A stretch of DNA of 64,000 nucleotides from Fibrobacter sp. (GCF_045131395.1 NZ_JBGUQY010000024.1:86069-150068); one strand, 5' to 3'; positions 37,943 through 46,814 are shown, counted from the first letter of the stretch. Program-made: numbers and translations. The notes: a model not told the origin generated them from the letters alone.

Positions 37943-40084
37943 TTAGGGCTTCAAGAATTCAAACAGCGTGATGCCGGGGAGTTTGCCCTTGCGGCTGGCC
38001 AGGTAATCCTTCAGCGGGAGTTCAATGACCTGCTTTTTCCAGGCGGCGTGACGCAGAACGGGGAATTCTCCGTTGCGGAAAACGACAAAGCCCGTATGGG
38101 TCGCATCCAGGTCATTTGCGCTTGCCACAAAGGCAACACCTGTCACCATGAGCGGGCCCTCATAAGGTTTGGAGGCCATTTCTACGGCGCGATTATAAGG
38201 CAAGTAGCGCAAGTCCATGGGAGCATCGGGAATGTCGTACTTGATCTTTTTCGCCCTGAAGAAATTCTGTTTGGGCATGGTACGCTTTACCACCGTATCG
38301 CCCGGCACCTGCATGGGGCGGGCATACTTGCCTTCGCCCACCCAGTCGGCCAGCAGGTAATGCTTGCGGTTCACGAAACCGATTTTACCGCCCTTGTAGC
38401 GGATCTTCTGCAGGGTGTTGAAGATTTCGTTTTCGCTAGGCGCAATCGCCATGGCAAGCACATGTTCCAGATAAGTCACGCAGTCCACCGAATCCATGTA
38501 CACCAGCGGCTTGTTTTCGATGGGGTCAAGGTAGCTTTCGCCCATGGGGCCAAGCTTGTAGGGCGTACCCTTCATCATGCGCGAAAAGTACTCCAGCCTT
38601 GCGGTAAGGCCAGCCACATTCTGGGCCGCAAGCCACATCTGCTTCATTCTCATGAGGGAGCCGTAGTTGTCATTGGTGCGGTACACCAGTCGGCTCCATA
38701 AAGTATCCAGCACATCTTTCAGCTGGGCATCCGAATTCCGGCCAGTTTCATTCAGGTACATGGCCACCGCAAGGGTATCGCCCTCCAGGGTGTAAATGTA
38801 ACCCACCAGGCCATGGACTTCGCCAATAAAGCCCGTCTTGAATCGGGTGAGCCAGGGGTAAGGCAAATCCAGCATACGCTTGCCGCCGGTACCGATTCCC
38901 GGGCCCGCAAAGCTGTTGATGTAAAAGCGACCCTTGGGATGGCGGGCCATCTTTGCCAGCAGTGTCGTCTCGGTAGAAGGTTTCACCTTGTTCTTGGGCG
39001 AAAGTCCGCAACCGTCCCACACTTCAAAATCCGTCGAATCGATTCCCATTTCGGCGAGGAATTTCATTTCGGCATTGCGGCCGCTTTCGACGCTACCCAC
39101 GCCCGATTTCTGGGCGCCCAGGTTGCGAAAGATGGTTTCGGCATGCAGGTTCTGGCTGCGCTGATTGATTTCATCGAGAATGCTCAGGAAGGGCGCCGCC
39201 GAGAAAGAATAAGAGGCAATCTGGATTCCGTCCGGAACGTTATTCTGTTCCTTGAAAGTAATGCCGCGTTCCTTAAGGGCATGGGTAAAGGCCGCCTTGA
39301 AGTAAGCCACCGGATTGCGCACCGGGAGCACCAGCTGGCTGGAATCCACACCGATACCGATAGCACCGCCAATGGTAATTTCGGGCTTTGCGGAATCCAG
39401 GGCCCAAGTCCACTTGCGCTTTTTGCCTGGGACCGTCACCATTTCGTTTTTCAGGACAACATAACCTACATCGGGCAAAATCTCGGCACGGGCCAAGTCA
39501 CCCACCTTCAAGCCCGGCTTGAAGCGGATCATGGTGCAGTTGTCATTAAAACCAAGGGGGGCAATTTCGGCACCGTACCAGGCATCATAAAAATTCTTGC
39601 GCCAGTGTTCGGCACGCCACGGGCCCTTGTAATAGCTGGAATCCAGCGTAATCTTGCCCGAAATGGAATCTACGCCCAAAGCGCGAATAGAATCGGCCAT
39701 GGCATAAATGATATGGAAGGGGTCGGCATAGTAACGGCCCGAAAAATTCGGATCGCCGCCACCGCGGACATTGACTGTTCCGATAAAGGTCTTCTTGCGT
39801 ACGCTACCGTTGAGGGAAACATCTGTCTTGGGAGCATAATCCAGCGGCAGGTAATGCACGGCAGCTGCCGTGGTAAGAGTCTTGAGGGTACTGGCGGGAG
39901 TAAATTTTTCGACGCCGCGAATATTTCCCAGTTCCTTGCCGGTCTTTACAGAGCGAATAGAAAGCCCGTAGCGGGAGCCCGGCACAACCGAGTCCACATA
40001 CGTCTGGAAGGAATCCAGTCCAAATTGAGCCAAGACGATTGTAGAAAGCAAACAAACTAAGCAAAAAATTTTACGCATTATCAT
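37943..40084 (-). CDS. PBP4-type D-Ala-D-Ala carboxypeptidase/endopeptidase (S13) fused to a DUF1460 amidase-like domain
   Basis: N-terminal ~470 aa have STLK (SxxK) and KTG motifs. The C-terminal ~240 aa have YKLGPMGES...MDSVDCVTYLEHVLAMA...RKHYLLADW, typical of DUF1460. Confidence 0.8.
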   Translation of the reverse strand: MIMRKIFCLVCLLSTIVLAQFGLDSFQTYVDSVVPGSRYGLSIRSVKTGKELGNIRGVEKFTPASTLKTLTTAAAVHYLPLDYAPKTDVSLNGSVRKKTFIGTVNVRGGGDPNFSGRYYADPFHIIYAMADSIRALGVDSISGKITLDSSYYKGPWRAEHWRKNFYDAWYGAEIAPLGFNDNCTMIRFKPGLKVGDLARAEILPDVGYVVLKNEMVTVPGKKRKWTWALDSAKPEITIGGAIGIGVDSSQLVLPVRNPVAYFKAAFTHALKERGITFKEQNNVPDGIQIASYSFSAAPFLSILDEINQRSQNLHAETIFRNLGAQKSGVGSVESGRNAEMKFLAEMGIDSTDFEVWDGCGLSPKNKVKPSTETTLLAKMARHPKGRFYINSFAGPGIGTGGKRMLDLPYPWLTRFKTGFIGEVHGLVGYIYTLEGDTLAVAMYLNETGRNSDAQLKDVLDTLWSRLVYRTNDNYGSLMRMKQMWLAAQNVAGLTARLEYFSRMMKGTPYKLGPMGESYLDPIENKPLVYMDSVDCVTYLEHVLAMAIAPSENEIFNTLQKIRYKGGKIGFVNRKHYLLADWVGEGKYARPMQVPGDTVVKRTMPKQNFFRAKKIKYDIPDAPMDLRYLPYNRAVEMASKPYEGPLMVTGVAFVASANDLDATHTGFVVFRNGEFPVLRHAAWKKQVIELPLKDYLASRKGKLPGITLFEFLKP

Positions 40085-40098
40085 TCTCGAAATTTCGT

Positions 40099-41667
40099 CT
40101 AGTGCTTACGGATGCGGAACGCATAAATCAGCATCATGGCCACCGCCAGCACACCCAGAGAAATCACCACAATAAGGCGAACGCTCCATTCCGACTCCGC
40201 CTTAACGACACCCAGGCCCTTTGCGTATTTAAATTCGTCTACGGGCAACTGCAACGACGTACGGATGCGTTCTTTTACGGTCGCAGCCGCTTCCGGGTTC
40301 TTGTAGCCAAGGATGTCGTTGATTTTCTGATGGGTATCAAATACAAAGCGGGCAATCTCGTCGTTTACATCGGGAGCGTTTTTCAGCAGGCTCGCCGCAA
40401 TGGCAGACACCATGCCGTTGACCGACATTTCGATTTCACTCCATTCCGGAATGTTCTGGGTGCTGCGGCCATGATTTTCAAGTCCCTCGATCAGGTGATT
40501 GTAGCGGGGGTCCTGCATCCAGATGCGAATCAAGCCCTTGTCGGGAGGAATAAAGCCGCACTGTCTGGAGTAGTAGTCAATGTTGTCGGCACGGAGCATG
40601 AACAGGAACAGGTCGTAGGCACGATTGCGCTTGATGGGGTTCGCATTCTTCGGCAAAGTCAAATGGCTGCCGCCCACAAAGCTGTGATTCCCGAAGGGAC
40701 CCTTGGGGCCGCTAATGGTAATAATGCCGTCTTTTGCAAGAGGGCTGTCCATCAGGCCGCCGATATCGTTATCGAATTCAATCTTACGAATCAGTTCCGA
40801 GGTTCCAAAAATGATCAGCTGTTCGGCACGTACAAAGCGGTCTGCACTCTGGGCGGAATTTTCTTTCAGGTTATAGGGAGAAATTTCCAAGTCACGCAAC
40901 AGCTTCAAGTAATGGCGCAGGCCTACCAACGTCAGGGAATCTGCCAGGGCGCTGCGATAGCCCTTTTCGGTATCCACCACGAAGTCACCGCCGAAATTCC
41001 AAAGGAAGGGAGACATCTGCTGGTAACCGGTCCAGTCGTCCTTGACGCCAAATTCAAAGGGAGCGACCTCCACACCCTGTCGGTTGACAACCTTCGCTTC
41101 TGATATGGCGCGCAACACGCCGTAGAACTTCGGGTAGGTCTCGATTTCGGAATCATGGAGACCCAGCTCAAGCCAAATGCGTTCGTTGGCGAAAAATCCA
41201 CGGACATCCAGGAACCAGGGAATCGCGTACACCACGGTATCGCGACCGATGTGGGCCGACTTCATGGCCTCGGGATAAAAGCGGCTGGTATCCACCGCGT
41301 CCAGCAATTCCGTAACGGGGGTAATCATTCCCGCCTTGGCAAAGTAGGGAACCCAGGTAGAGCCCAGCTGCAACACATCCGGATAATCGTTGGCTTCGCC
41401 AGCCTCGTTCACCAGAGTCTTGTTGAGTTCGGCAAAGGCAGAGCCCCAGTCCAAAAAACGGATCTTTACCGGGACGCCACTCTGGCGCGTGTACTTCTTC
41501 ATGAGCTTTTGAAGAGCCGTACCCGCATTAATATCCTGGTCCATCACCCACAGCACCAGCGTATCGGGGGGCGTAGGCATGGCCCTCAGTTCCGGCACAG
41601 CCTGAGCAGTCCCGCACAGGGCGAGACTCATCAAAAACAGAGCTATGCCGAAAATACGCTTTTTCAT
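40099..41667 (-). CDS. extracellular solute-binding protein (family 1-like) with C-terminal transmembrane anchor
   Basis: Signal peptide, SBP-like core (LVLWVMDQD...LDWGSAFAELNK...GSTWVPYFA). The last 30 aa are hydrophobic (LIVVISLGVLAVAMMLIYAF) followed by RIRKH. Confidence 0.6.
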   Translation of the reverse strand: MKKRIFGIALFLMSLALCGTAQAVPELRAMPTPPDTLVLWVMDQDINAGTALQKLMKKYTRQSGVPVKIRFLDWGSAFAELNKTLVNEAGEANDYPDVLQLGSTWVPYFAKAGMITPVTELLDAVDTSRFYPEAMKSAHIGRDTVVYAIPWFLDVRGFFANERIWLELGLHDSEIETYPKFYGVLRAISEAKVVNRQGVEVAPFEFGVKDDWTGYQQMSPFLWNFGGDFVVDTEKGYRSALADSLTLVGLRHYLKLLRDLEISPYNLKENSAQSADRFVRAEQLIIFGTSELIRKIEFDNDIGGLMDSPLAKDGIITISGPKGPFGNHSFVGGSHLTLPKNANPIKRNRAYDLFLFMLRADNIDYYSRQCGFIPPDKGLIRIWMQDPRYNHLIEGLENHGRSTQNIPEWSEIEMSVNGMVSAIAASLLKNAPDVNDEIARFVFDTHQKINDILGYKNPEAAATVKERIRTSLQLPVDEFKYAKGLGVVKAESEWSVRLIVVISLGVLAVAMMLIYAFRIRKH

Positions 41668-41704
41668 GGGTTTTATTCTAAGATACTAATTAACCGTTCC
41701 TTGA

Positions 41705-43036
41705 TTACTGGGCTATTTTCAAAAAGTCTTCAAAGTAGCGCGGATAAGTCTTGTTGATGCAGGCGGGGTCCATGATCTTGATGGGGACGCCGCCCAGAGC
41801 CACCAGGCTAAAGCACATGGCCATGCGGTGATCGTTGTAAGTTTCGATGGTGGCGGGCTGCAAGCGAGCCGGGGGCGTAATGGTAATGGAATCGTTGGTT
41901 TCGCGGACTTCGGCACCCACCTTGCGGAGTTCAGCCGCCATGGCCGCAATACGGTCCGTTTCCTTGACACGCCAGCTGGCAATGCCCGAAATGGTCATGG
42001 GGGCGTCTGCAAACAGGGCGAGCACGGCAACGGTCATGGCCGCATCGGGAATTTCGATGGCGTTGAATTCGCCGAGGCTCTTGAGCTTGCCCTGGGGGCC
42101 CTCACATTCGACCCAGTCGGGGCCCATGGTCACCGTCGCGCCCATTTTCTTGATGACTTCGACAAAGGCAATATCGCCCTGGCGGCATTCGGAACCTACG
42201 CCCAGCACGCGCACCTTGCCGCCGGCAATGGCTGCCGCAGCCAGGGGGTAACTGGCAGAGCTCGCATCGCCTTCTACCATGTAGTCGCCCGGAGACTTGT
42301 AAACGCCCTTGGGCACATAAAAATCCTTAAGGTCGGCATGCTTGACTTCGATGCCGAAATGCTTCATGACGTCCAGCGTCAAAAGAATATAGGGGGCAGA
42401 AATCAGTTCGCCATCCACATGAATGTGGAGCGGAGATTCTGCATAGGGGGCGCAAATCAAGAGAGCCGTCAGGTACTGGCTAGAAATGTTGCCGCGAACC
42501 GTGACAGAGCCGCCCTTGAGGCCGTGGGCGTTAATGCACACCGGCGGGAAACCATCCGTTTCCATGTAGTCGATATCGGCACCCAGCATGCGGAGGGCAT
42601 CCACCAAGTCGCGGATGGGGCGTTCCTTCATGCGTTCTTCGCCGCTCAAATGGAATACGCCGCGACCGAGAGCAAGGGCTGCGCACAAGGAGCGCATGGC
42701 CGTGCCCGCATTGCCTAGGTAAAGGCCTGCCACATAGTTGTCGTTTTCTACCAAGACAGAGGGAGCGTCAATAGGGGCACCATTGCCTTCGATAACGGCT
42801 TCGGTAAAGTCTTCGGTCATATCGGCCTTGACTCCGAGCGCCTTGAGGGCCTCACCCATGTAGCGGGTATCGTCGCTCTTCAACAAGTTGTGCAAACGGG
42901 TGGTACCTTCGGCCAGGGCAGACACCAAAAGCACACGGTTGGTTATACTCTTGGAACCCGGGACACGAAGTTCACCGTTATAAGACGACAAAGCGGGAAT
43001 CTGAATATGACTAGGGCGAAAAAAAGGTGTATCCAT
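41705..43036 (-). CDS. aroA: 3-phosphoshikimate 1-carboxyvinyltransferase (EPSP synthase)
   Basis: LRVPGSKSITNRVLL, LGNAGTAMR, DHRMAMCFSL. Confidence 0.95.
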   Translation of the reverse strand: MDTPFFRPSHIQIPALSSYNGELRVPGSKSITNRVLLVSALAEGTTRLHNLLKSDDTRYMGEALKALGVKADMTEDFTEAVIEGNGAPIDAPSVLVENDNYVAGLYLGNAGTAMRSLCAALALGRGVFHLSGEERMKERPIRDLVDALRMLGADIDYMETDGFPPVCINAHGLKGGSVTVRGNISSQYLTALLICAPYAESPLHIHVDGELISAPYILLTLDVMKHFGIEVKHADLKDFYVPKGVYKSPGDYMVEGDASSASYPLAAAAIAGGKVRVLGVGSECRQGDIAFVEVIKKMGATVTMGPDWVECEGPQGKLKSLGEFNAIEIPDAAMTVAVLALFADAPMTISGIASWRVKETDRIAAMAAELRKVGAEVRETNDSITITPPARLQPATIETYNDHRMAMCFSLVALGGVPIKIMDPACINKTYPRYFEDFLKIAQ

Positions 43037-43085
43037 GCCGATAAATTTATAAATTAAATAAGCTAATAGATAAACGGAGCATTAA

Positions 43086-43847
43086 ATGATGAGCGAAATC
43101 ACAGACCTCAAATTCACCGTCCGCTTTTCGGACTGCGACGAGTACGGCAGGCTTAAACTGTCGCGCCTGTTCCAGTTCATGGAAGAAGCCGCCATTACCG
43201 ACGCCGAACGGAACGGATTTGGCCTGTGGCAAATGATGAAGGCGGGCTACACCTCGGCCATTACGCGCATGAAGGTCCGCATCAACCACACCCCGCTCAT
43301 GGGAGAATCCCTCAGCGTTTCTACCTGGATCAAGGAAATCTACAAGGACAAGGTTGTCCTCAAGGATTACGCCGTCGTCGATAGCCAGGGCCACGCCCTT
43401 GCCGAAGGCACTTCGTCCTGGATTCTGGTGAACCTGAAGACCGGCTTCGCCGAGCCCCCCTCCAACAGTCCGTTCCCCTTCCCCATCCAGCTCGAAAAGA
43501 GCGCCCTGCCCGAAATGCTGCAGGTGTTGCCCATGGGCCAGGATCCTCAATTAGTTTATACGGAACATGCCCGCAACAGCGACTTGGACCTGAACCACCA
43601 CGTAAACCACTGCCGTTACGTGGAATGGATCCTCGATTGCCTCAGCAAAGAGGAACTCAAGGAACGCGGCATCCGCTCGCTGCAGCTGAACTTCGTGAAC
43701 CAGGTGCCCCTGGGTGCCAACGTGAACATTATCCGCTTCAAGGACACGAACCACCATGCCGTATTCTTCGGCATGAACGCCGACATGGAAAAGAGCCCCA
43801 CCACCAACCGTTGCCATTTCCAGGCCCGCGTGGGTTTCAGGGAATAG
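43086..43847 (+). CDS. acyl-ACP thioesterase
   Basis: Double hot-dog layout (FTVRFSDCDEYGRLKLSRLFQFMEE... and ...ARNSDLDLNHHVNHCRYVEWILD). Confidence 0.8.
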   Translation: MMSEITDLKFTVRFSDCDEYGRLKLSRLFQFMEEAAITDAERNGFGLWQMMKAGYTSAITRMKVRINHTPLMGESLSVSTWIKEIYKDKVVLKDYAVVDSQGHALAEGTSSWILVNLKTGFAEPPSNSPFPFPIQLEKSALPEMLQVLPMGQDPQLVYTEHARNSDLDLNHHVNHCRYVEWILDCLSKEELKERGIRSLQLNFVNQVPLGANVNIIRFKDTNHHAVFFGMNADMEKSPTTNRCHFQARVGFRE

Positions 43848-43889
43848 CATCAGGGAATAACCAGCCCCACTCCCGGCCACATTTCAAAG
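43799..43889. repeat. 91-bp direct repeat, left copy (contains the authentic thioesterase 3' end and a duplicate of the MBL-gene 3' end)
   Basis: Identical to 45327..45417 except for one base (43849 A versus 45377 T). Confidence 0.95.
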
Positions 43890-43893
43890 GGAA

Positions 43894-44103
43894 ATACAGG
43901 CTAAACAGAGGTTTCAGCCTAATTTAGCCTGTACAAATCCCTCCGCTGACGGGGAAAATTGTTACATGCAGCAATTTGTACAGGCCAAGAGCATGTTAAA
44001 CCACATTTTGGCCCGTACCGCCGCCACCATTCGCAACTTTTCAAGCCATTTTTCCGCATTTTGTACAGGCCAACAGCAGCTTTTGGCACATTCAGCCTGT
44101 ACA
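43894..44103 (+). repeat. three ~85-bp units, each with inverted arms GTACAGGC(N~24)GCCTGTAC
   Basis: 5' arms at 43894 (ATACAGGC), 43978 and 44063. 3' arms at 43927, 44011 (GCCCGTAC) and 44095. Unit spacing is 84 and 85 bp. Confidence 0.85.
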
Positions 44104-44146
44104 ACTAGCATTTTGAGACTCAAGTCTCTATTTATCACTTATTTGC

Positions 44147-44980
44147 TCATAGCAAATACTGTTTCACAATCCTTTCTACGCGAGTCGCATCCAGAGGCAC
44201 TTCTGACGACTCCATTGATATAATTAGATTCTTCCCTAGAAAGAATCCATTGGCTTCAAAACAATTTATTTTCCAAGCCACTTGCGAAGAATATTCCGCA
44301 ACATCCATCATGCCAAAATGCTCCCATATAAATTCGTGACGCAAACGTACGTTTAAACAAGTGAAATCAGGATAAATTTTCATAGACTTTTGCGAATTCT
44401 TTGCATTTCCCTTAATAGTCAGGGGACATTCATATTTATAAGGAATTTTCAGCCGATACAGCGTATCCGCAATCATAGCTTCTGATTTTGAACGAACTCG
44501 CTCCCCGCGAAGAGTCCTTATTTCCGGAATTTCCTCGTCAAATTTCTTACCTTCATAAGCAGTAGAAATCCATTGCGTCACATAAATATCTTCAGGCATC
44601 CAAACGGGCTCAACCAATTTGCGTCGTCCCTCATGCAAATCGACATACATTTTTTCCAAGTTACAAGAAGCAATTTTTTTCATAAAGCGTTCGATTGTCA
44701 ACAATTGCCGCTTCATTTCGGGCAATGCCTTTTGGTCATATTCCTTTTGTGCAAGCGCCTTTGCGCGAGCAACATCTTTCACGGGAATATACTTTCCATG
44801 TTCAGTCGTCCCTTTGGCAACATGGAACCACTGCATTTGATTCTTTCTTCTTGATATACGAAGACGTCCCGAAGGCGCTTTCTTCAGTGATTTTTCCTTT
44901 GCGGAAATCCATGACTGAAGTTGGTCGACAACCGTCTGAAGAGACGGCAATAAATTTTGAGCACATGAAAGGTCTTTCAC
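44147..44980 (-). CDS. hypothetical 277-aa protein with possible PD-(D/E)xK nuclease-like C-terminal half
   Basis: GTG start preceded by AAGGA. The C-terminal pattern RSKSEAMIAD ... IYPDFTC ... FIWEHFGMMD resembles restriction-endonuclease-fold families. No canonical lysine was identified. Confidence 0.55.
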   Translation of the reverse strand: MKDLSCAQNLLPSLQTVVDQLQSWISAKEKSLKKAPSGRLRISRRKNQMQWFHVAKGTTEHGKYIPVKDVARAKALAQKEYDQKALPEMKRQLLTIERFMKKIASCNLEKMYVDLHEGRRKLVEPVWMPEDIYVTQWISTAYEGKKFDEEIPEIRTLRGERVRSKSEAMIADTLYRLKIPYKYECPLTIKGNAKNSQKSMKIYPDFTCLNVRLRHEFIWEHFGMMDVAEYSSQVAWKINCFEANGFFLGKNLIISMESSEVPLDATRVERIVKQYLL

Positions 44981-45020
44981 TTATATTATTCCTTTTTAAA
45001 GCGTGATTAATTAAAGATTG

Positions 45021-45305
45021 GTACAGGCCAAACACATAAACTTAATGCGTTCAACCTGTAACTTTTCCTGTTTTCCAACAAAATTTCCAGCCAATTTCCA
45101 GCATCGTACAGGCTATGCAAGACATTTTTCATATTTAGTCTGCACTCTACAGCGTTTTTCCTCATTCTATTTGCCATTGGTACAGGCCAAACAAATGCTG
45201 TTCGCGTTTCTAGTCTGTACAGCCACCTTCTCCCGCAACTTTTCAGGCCATTTTTTCGCATTTCGTACAGGCCAAAGCACTGATTTCGACCCCTAAGCCT
45301 GTATA
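45021..45305 (+). repeat. four ~85-bp units of the same GTACAGGC(N~24)GCCTGTAC family
   Basis: 5' arms at 45021, 45106 (GTACAGGCT), 45180 and 45265. Degenerate 3' arms at 45054, 45138, 45213 and 45297. Spacing is 85, 74 and 85 bp, in the same orientation as the left array. Confidence 0.85.
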
Positions 45306-45326
45306 CACCCCTCTCATCCACTAGCA

Positions 45327-45417
45327 CACCACCAACCGTTGCCATTTCCAGGCCCGCGTGGGTTTCAGGGAATAGCTTCAGGGAATAACCAGCCCCACTC
45401 CCGGCCACATTTCAAAG
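45327..45417. repeat. 91-bp direct repeat, right copy (contains the authentic MBL-gene 3' end and a duplicate of the thioesterase 3' end)
   Basis: See the left copy at 43799..43889. Confidence 0.95.
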
Positions 45418-46295
45418 CTGAAACTCCCGTGCAAGTCGGTGCGGTAGATTGCCGTTGAATCGCCCGTGATTAGCCGAAGCTTGTTCACCACCTCGTCTTT
45501 GGGGTGGCCGTAACGATTGTTTTTACCGACCCCGATGGCGGCATACCTGGGGGACACTTGCGCCAGGAACTTCAAGGTGCTGCTGCCCGCCGAGCCGTGA
45601 TGCCCCACCTGCAAAAGATCCGCCGACAAGTCGTGGGAAAGTTCCATCAGGCGGTTTTCGCCCACGGAATCCAGGTCGCCCATCAACAAAAACGAACTTT
45701 CGCGCCCTGCCAGTGGCCCCGTCATAGCCCCCATCAGCACCACGCTGGCCCGATTTTCGCCAAATCTCCCATAACTGACGGGCCACAGGCATTCCAGCCT
45801 GAAATTCTCCGCAAAAAACACCGTGTCGCCGCGGACCAGGGTATCCACCGGAATCTTGTACCGCCGCGCCACCGTGAAAACGCTATCGCCCACAAAGCCC
45901 ACCGCGGTGTCCGCCCCCACCAGCAGGCGCCCCACCTTGAGCCGCCCCGACTTCAGGGCCGCCCCCATTTCCATAAAGCCACCGCCGTGGTCCCGGTGAA
46001 AATGGCTCACCAGCACCCAGTCGAGCGACTTGACGCCCCTCGCCGCAAGGGAATCCACCAGTCCGGCGGAGTCGGGTCCCGTGTCGTACAGGGCATACCG
46101 TCCCCCGTTTTCCAGCAGCACGGCAAGCCCCTGCCCCACATCCAGAAACGTGATCCGTACCGGTTCCGGGCCCCCACTCCAACCGGAATCGTAAGTGCAG
46201 GCCGACAGAAGCAGGCCAAACAAGGCGCTCCAAAGGACCCCGCAAAGCAAAATCCACAGGAAAATGCAGCGGTTCGATTTTCTTGTAACGGGCAT
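45378..46295 (-). CDS. MBL-fold metallo-hydrolase (ComEC/Rec2 C-terminal domain-like)
   Basis: ITFLDVGQGLAVLLE...VLVSHFHRDHGGG...VGHHGS. Confidence 0.8.
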   Translation of the reverse strand: MPVTRKSNRCIFLWILLCGVLWSALFGLLLSACTYDSGWSGGPEPVRITFLDVGQGLAVLLENGGRYALYDTGPDSAGLVDSLAARGVKSLDWVLVSHFHRDHGGGFMEMGAALKSGRLKVGRLLVGADTAVGFVGDSVFTVARRYKIPVDTLVRGDTVFFAENFRLECLWPVSYGRFGENRASVVLMGAMTGPLAGRESSFLLMGDLDSVGENRLMELSHDLSADLLQVGHHGSAGSSTLKFLAQVSPRYAAIGVGKNNRYGHPKDEVVNKLRLITGDSTAIYRTDLHGSFSFEMWPGVGLVIP

Positions 46296-46448
46296 ATAAC
46301 AGCATCCTTTTATGAAAGGTTCCTCTTATATACACGCCAAAATCCGCAAAACAGGGATTTTTTAACAGTTTTTGGATTGCCACGTCGCGTTCGCTCCTCG
46401 CAATGACGTTCTTTTTTGCTATCTTTACGCCTAACACTCGAGGTTTTT

Positions 46449-46814
46449 ATGCAATTACCTAAGTACAAAAAGAAAAAGCGTATCAAGTTGAAAGTCTGTC
46501 AGGAACCCGGCTGCGGCCGCGAATTCTGGGGCCACCCGATCGCCAAGTACTGCGAATTGCACCGCGACATCAAGCAGCGCCAGAAGCAGAAGAAGGATGT
46601 GGACAACATCGAGTCCAAGAACATCATCTTCCGCCACAACTACACCGAGTCCATGGACCTCACCTTCAAGTGCTGTCTCGAAGGCTGCAACGAGCTGTTC
46701 ACTATCCGCGTGTTCCCCAAGCAGTACATTTACCCCCGTTTCTGCGAAGAACACCGCAACGATTTTAAGCGCGCAAACTACCTGCGCATCATCTCAAAGA
46801 TGAAAAACGACTAA
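46449..46814 (+). CDS. small Cys/His-rich (zinc-ribbon-like) basic protein
   Basis: ATG at 46449. CQEPGC..YCELH and CCLEGC..FCEEH pairs. Followed by a terminator. Confidence 0.55.
   Translation: MQLPKYKKKKRIKLKVCQEPGCGREFWGHPIAKYCELHRDIKQRQKQKKDVDNIESKNIIFRHNYTESMDLTFKCCLEGCNELFTIRVFPKQYIYPRFCEEHRNDFKRANYLRIISKMKND

Larger units (their letters stand above)
43890..45326. mobile_element. 1437-bp AT-rich insertion between two convergent genes, no recognisable recombinase or transposase
   Basis: Bounded by 91-bp direct repeats that duplicate the junction of the convergent thioesterase and MBL gene ends. Contains one ORF and 7 structured repeat units. Confidence 0.55.

Noticed and set aside
43894-45305. 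Periodic repeats considered as a CRISPR array
   Set aside because: The conserved parts are only 8-bp inverted arms plus a semi-conserved tail. The units are imperfect, ~85 bp long, and split around an ORF. There are no cas genes and no repeat-spacer regularity of CRISPR type.
43890-45326. Tn7-like element (3 sites on one side, 4 on the other, plus a TnsA-like motif in the ORF)
   Set aside because: The repeat units on the two sides are in direct, not inverted, orientation. There is no TnsB/TnsC-like gene. The flanking duplication is 91 bp rather than 5 bp.
43551-45408. Small ORFs 43551..43880(-), 43919..44104(-), 43966..44223(+), 45007..45408(-) and 45018..45296(+)
   Set aside because: They run through the direct repeats and the ~85-bp units. 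Their similar peptides (LYRLN, MRKNGLKSC) simply reflect the DNA repeats, and there is no start context.
29801-46437. Other long antisense ORFs: 29801..30904, 31082..32557, 32985..33830, 33873..34814, 34928..35632, 36323..37444, 38813..40060, 40102..41103, 41828..42718, 43047..43550, 45504..46406, 45883..46437, 37472..37891
   Set aside because: Each lies opposite a CDS with clear family motifs or a better composition. They show the typical high-GC shadow-frame composition.
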